Shown piece after piece: positions 30,982-32,000 of a stretch of 32,000 nt of DNA. The position numbers and the translations under genes were made by a program. The stretch is taken from NCBI RefSeq assembly GCF_000008665.1, contig NC_000917.1, forward strand, positions 1,590,001 through 1,622,000. The letters are read 5' to 3'. Under the pieces are notes generated by a model that was not told where the DNA came from, did not search any database, and worked only from the letters and a program-made list of their open reading frames with translations. Each line of letters begins with the position of its first letter. Positions within the stretch are counted from its first letter, which is position 1. The DNA is from Archaeoglobus fulgidus DSM 4304 (lineage in GTDB: Archaea; Halobacteriota; Archaeoglobi; Archaeoglobales; Archaeoglobaceae).

Positions 30982-32000
30982 GCTGGCTTATAATAACTGA
31001 GAAGGACAACACTGCCAGAAGGATTGCGTCAATTCTCTTCAAAGACGTTAAAACGCTGAAAAAGGGTAGGGTGAGTTACTACCACTCTCCTTCAAACGAC
31101 GCCTACGTTGTTGGGCTGAAAGGCCACATAGTTGAGCTTGACTTCCCGAAGGAGCTGAATAACTGGACCAAAACTCCTCTTGAGAAACTTCTTCAGGCAG
31201 AGCTGGTGAAAAAGGTCAAGGAGAGGACGATTTCCTCTATTTTGAAGGAAATTGCCAAGAAGGCGGACAGAGTTACGGTCGCAACGGACTACGACAGAGA
31301 GGGTGAGCTGATAGGAGTTGAGGCTCTGGAAATCGTCAAGTCGGTTAATCCAACTGTTAAGGTTGACAGGGTGAGGTACAGTGCTGTTACGGAGAAGGAG
31401 ATAAGGTCAGCCTTCTCAAAACCCGTTAAAGTTGACTTCAACTTGGCCAACGCTGCGCTCGCAAGGCAGAAGATAGACCTGATATGGGGTGCCACACTCA
31501 CCAGGCTCATCTCGGTTCATTCCGGCAGGATGGGCAAGGACTTCCTGAGCGTCGGAAGGGTGCAGACGCCCACTCTAAGGCTGATTGTGGACAGGGAGCT
31601 GGAAATTCAGAACTTCAAGCCCGAGAAGTACTACGAGATTTTTGCGGAGTTTGAAGGATTCATCGCAAAGCACCCAAAGAGGTACGGCAGCAAGGAGGAA
31701 GCTGAGAAATTATTCGCCAAGATTGGCGAAACGGCGAAAGTTGAGGAATTCACAAGAAGGAGAATGGAGGAGAACAGGCCAACGCCCTTCAACACCACCG
31801 AGTTCTTGAGGGAAGCATCGAAGTTCATGTCCCCCCACAAGGCGATGAACATCGCTGAAACCCTTTACATGAACGGCTACATCAGCTACCCCAGAACGGA
31901 TAACACCGTCTATCCCCCCACCATAAACCTCATTGAAATCGTTTCTGCGCTCTCATCAGTTTTTCCGAGGGAAGCTCAAATCGTGCTATCTCAGGATAAA
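30978..32000 (+). CDS. topA: Type IA DNA topoisomerase (TopA / topoisomerase I-III family), 3' end cut by window edge
   Basis: Not in the ORF track because it runs off the window. My translation from the ATG at 30978 is open to nt 32000 (341 codons). It has the Toprim motifs SWLIITEKDNTARRIA and ATDYDREGE, GRVQTPTL, and the active-site tyrosine context YISYPRTDN. There is an ATGA overlap with the KH gene stop. Confidence 0.9.
   Translation, partial: MSWLIITEKDNTARRIASILFKDVKTLKKGRVSYYHSPSNDAYVVGLKGHIVELDFPKELNNWTKTPLEKLLQAELVKKVKERTISSILKEIAKKADRVTVATDYDREGELIGVEALEIVKSVNPTVKVDRVRYSAVTEKEIRSAFSKPVKVDFNLANAALARQKIDLIWGATLTRLISVHSGRMGKDFLSVGRVQTPTLRLIVDRELEIQNFKPEKYYEIFAEFEGFIAKHPKRYGSKEEAEKLFAKIGETAKVEEFTRRRMEENRPTPFNTTEFLREASKFMSPHKAMNIAETLYMNGYISYPRTDNTVYPPTINLIEIVSALSSVFPREAQIVLSQDK

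Overview
This is a gene-dense archaeal chromosomal segment with about 38 protein genes on both strands. Only about 940 nt (about 3%) lies outside my CDS calls. Several proteins look like Archaeoglobus fulgidus: the 392-aa myo-inositol-1-phosphate synthase, Rio1 kinase, PolD small subunit DP1, Dph2, Sec61beta, KsgA/Dim1 and a DUF357 protein. From memory the gene order matches roughly AF1770-AF1806 of strain DSM 4304, which I cannot verify here. The content is mostly housekeeping, in this order: Dpp/Opp ABC ATPases, FadD, an HdrD/GlpC-like Fe-S protein, an APC permease, an amidohydrolase, Sec61beta, NIF3, SpoVG, a 2-hydroxyacid dehydrogenase plus an ALS-like TPP enzyme, an NfeD protease, DUF357-KsgA-Mtq2-like, a DtxR-family repressor, a flavin-reductase-like protein, an archaeal XRE regulator, MTAP, a PRTase, DP1, signal peptidase, a DUF2178-like/XRE pair, MIPS, an M42 peptidase, PHI, AbrB-PhoU/PiT/DUF47, an AI-2E permease, a SpoU methyltransferase, a split LutB-like protein, Dph2, Rio1, a KH protein and TopA (3' truncated). 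I found no rRNA, tRNA, CRISPR array, transposase/integrase or recognisable defence island, so I cannot point to a clear novel multi-gene system. Many first genes of transcription units have a TATA-like box centred about 24-27 nt upstream of the start codon, which suggests leaderless mRNAs. Internal operon genes instead carry GGAGG/GGTGA motifs and stop/start overlaps. The items most worth a second look are: (1) a LutB-like gene split by a frame change at an A6 tract; (2) an amino-acid permease fused to a minimal nucleotidyltransferase domain; (3) a 21-bp perfect palindrome in front of a membrane-protein/XRE pair; (4) an archaeal SpoVG homologue; (5) a PRTase with a winged-helix-like tail, translationally coupled to DP1; (6) a DtxR-family protein with an extra Cys4 motif; (7) mirror-symmetric palindromic TATA-type boxes in two divergent promoters.
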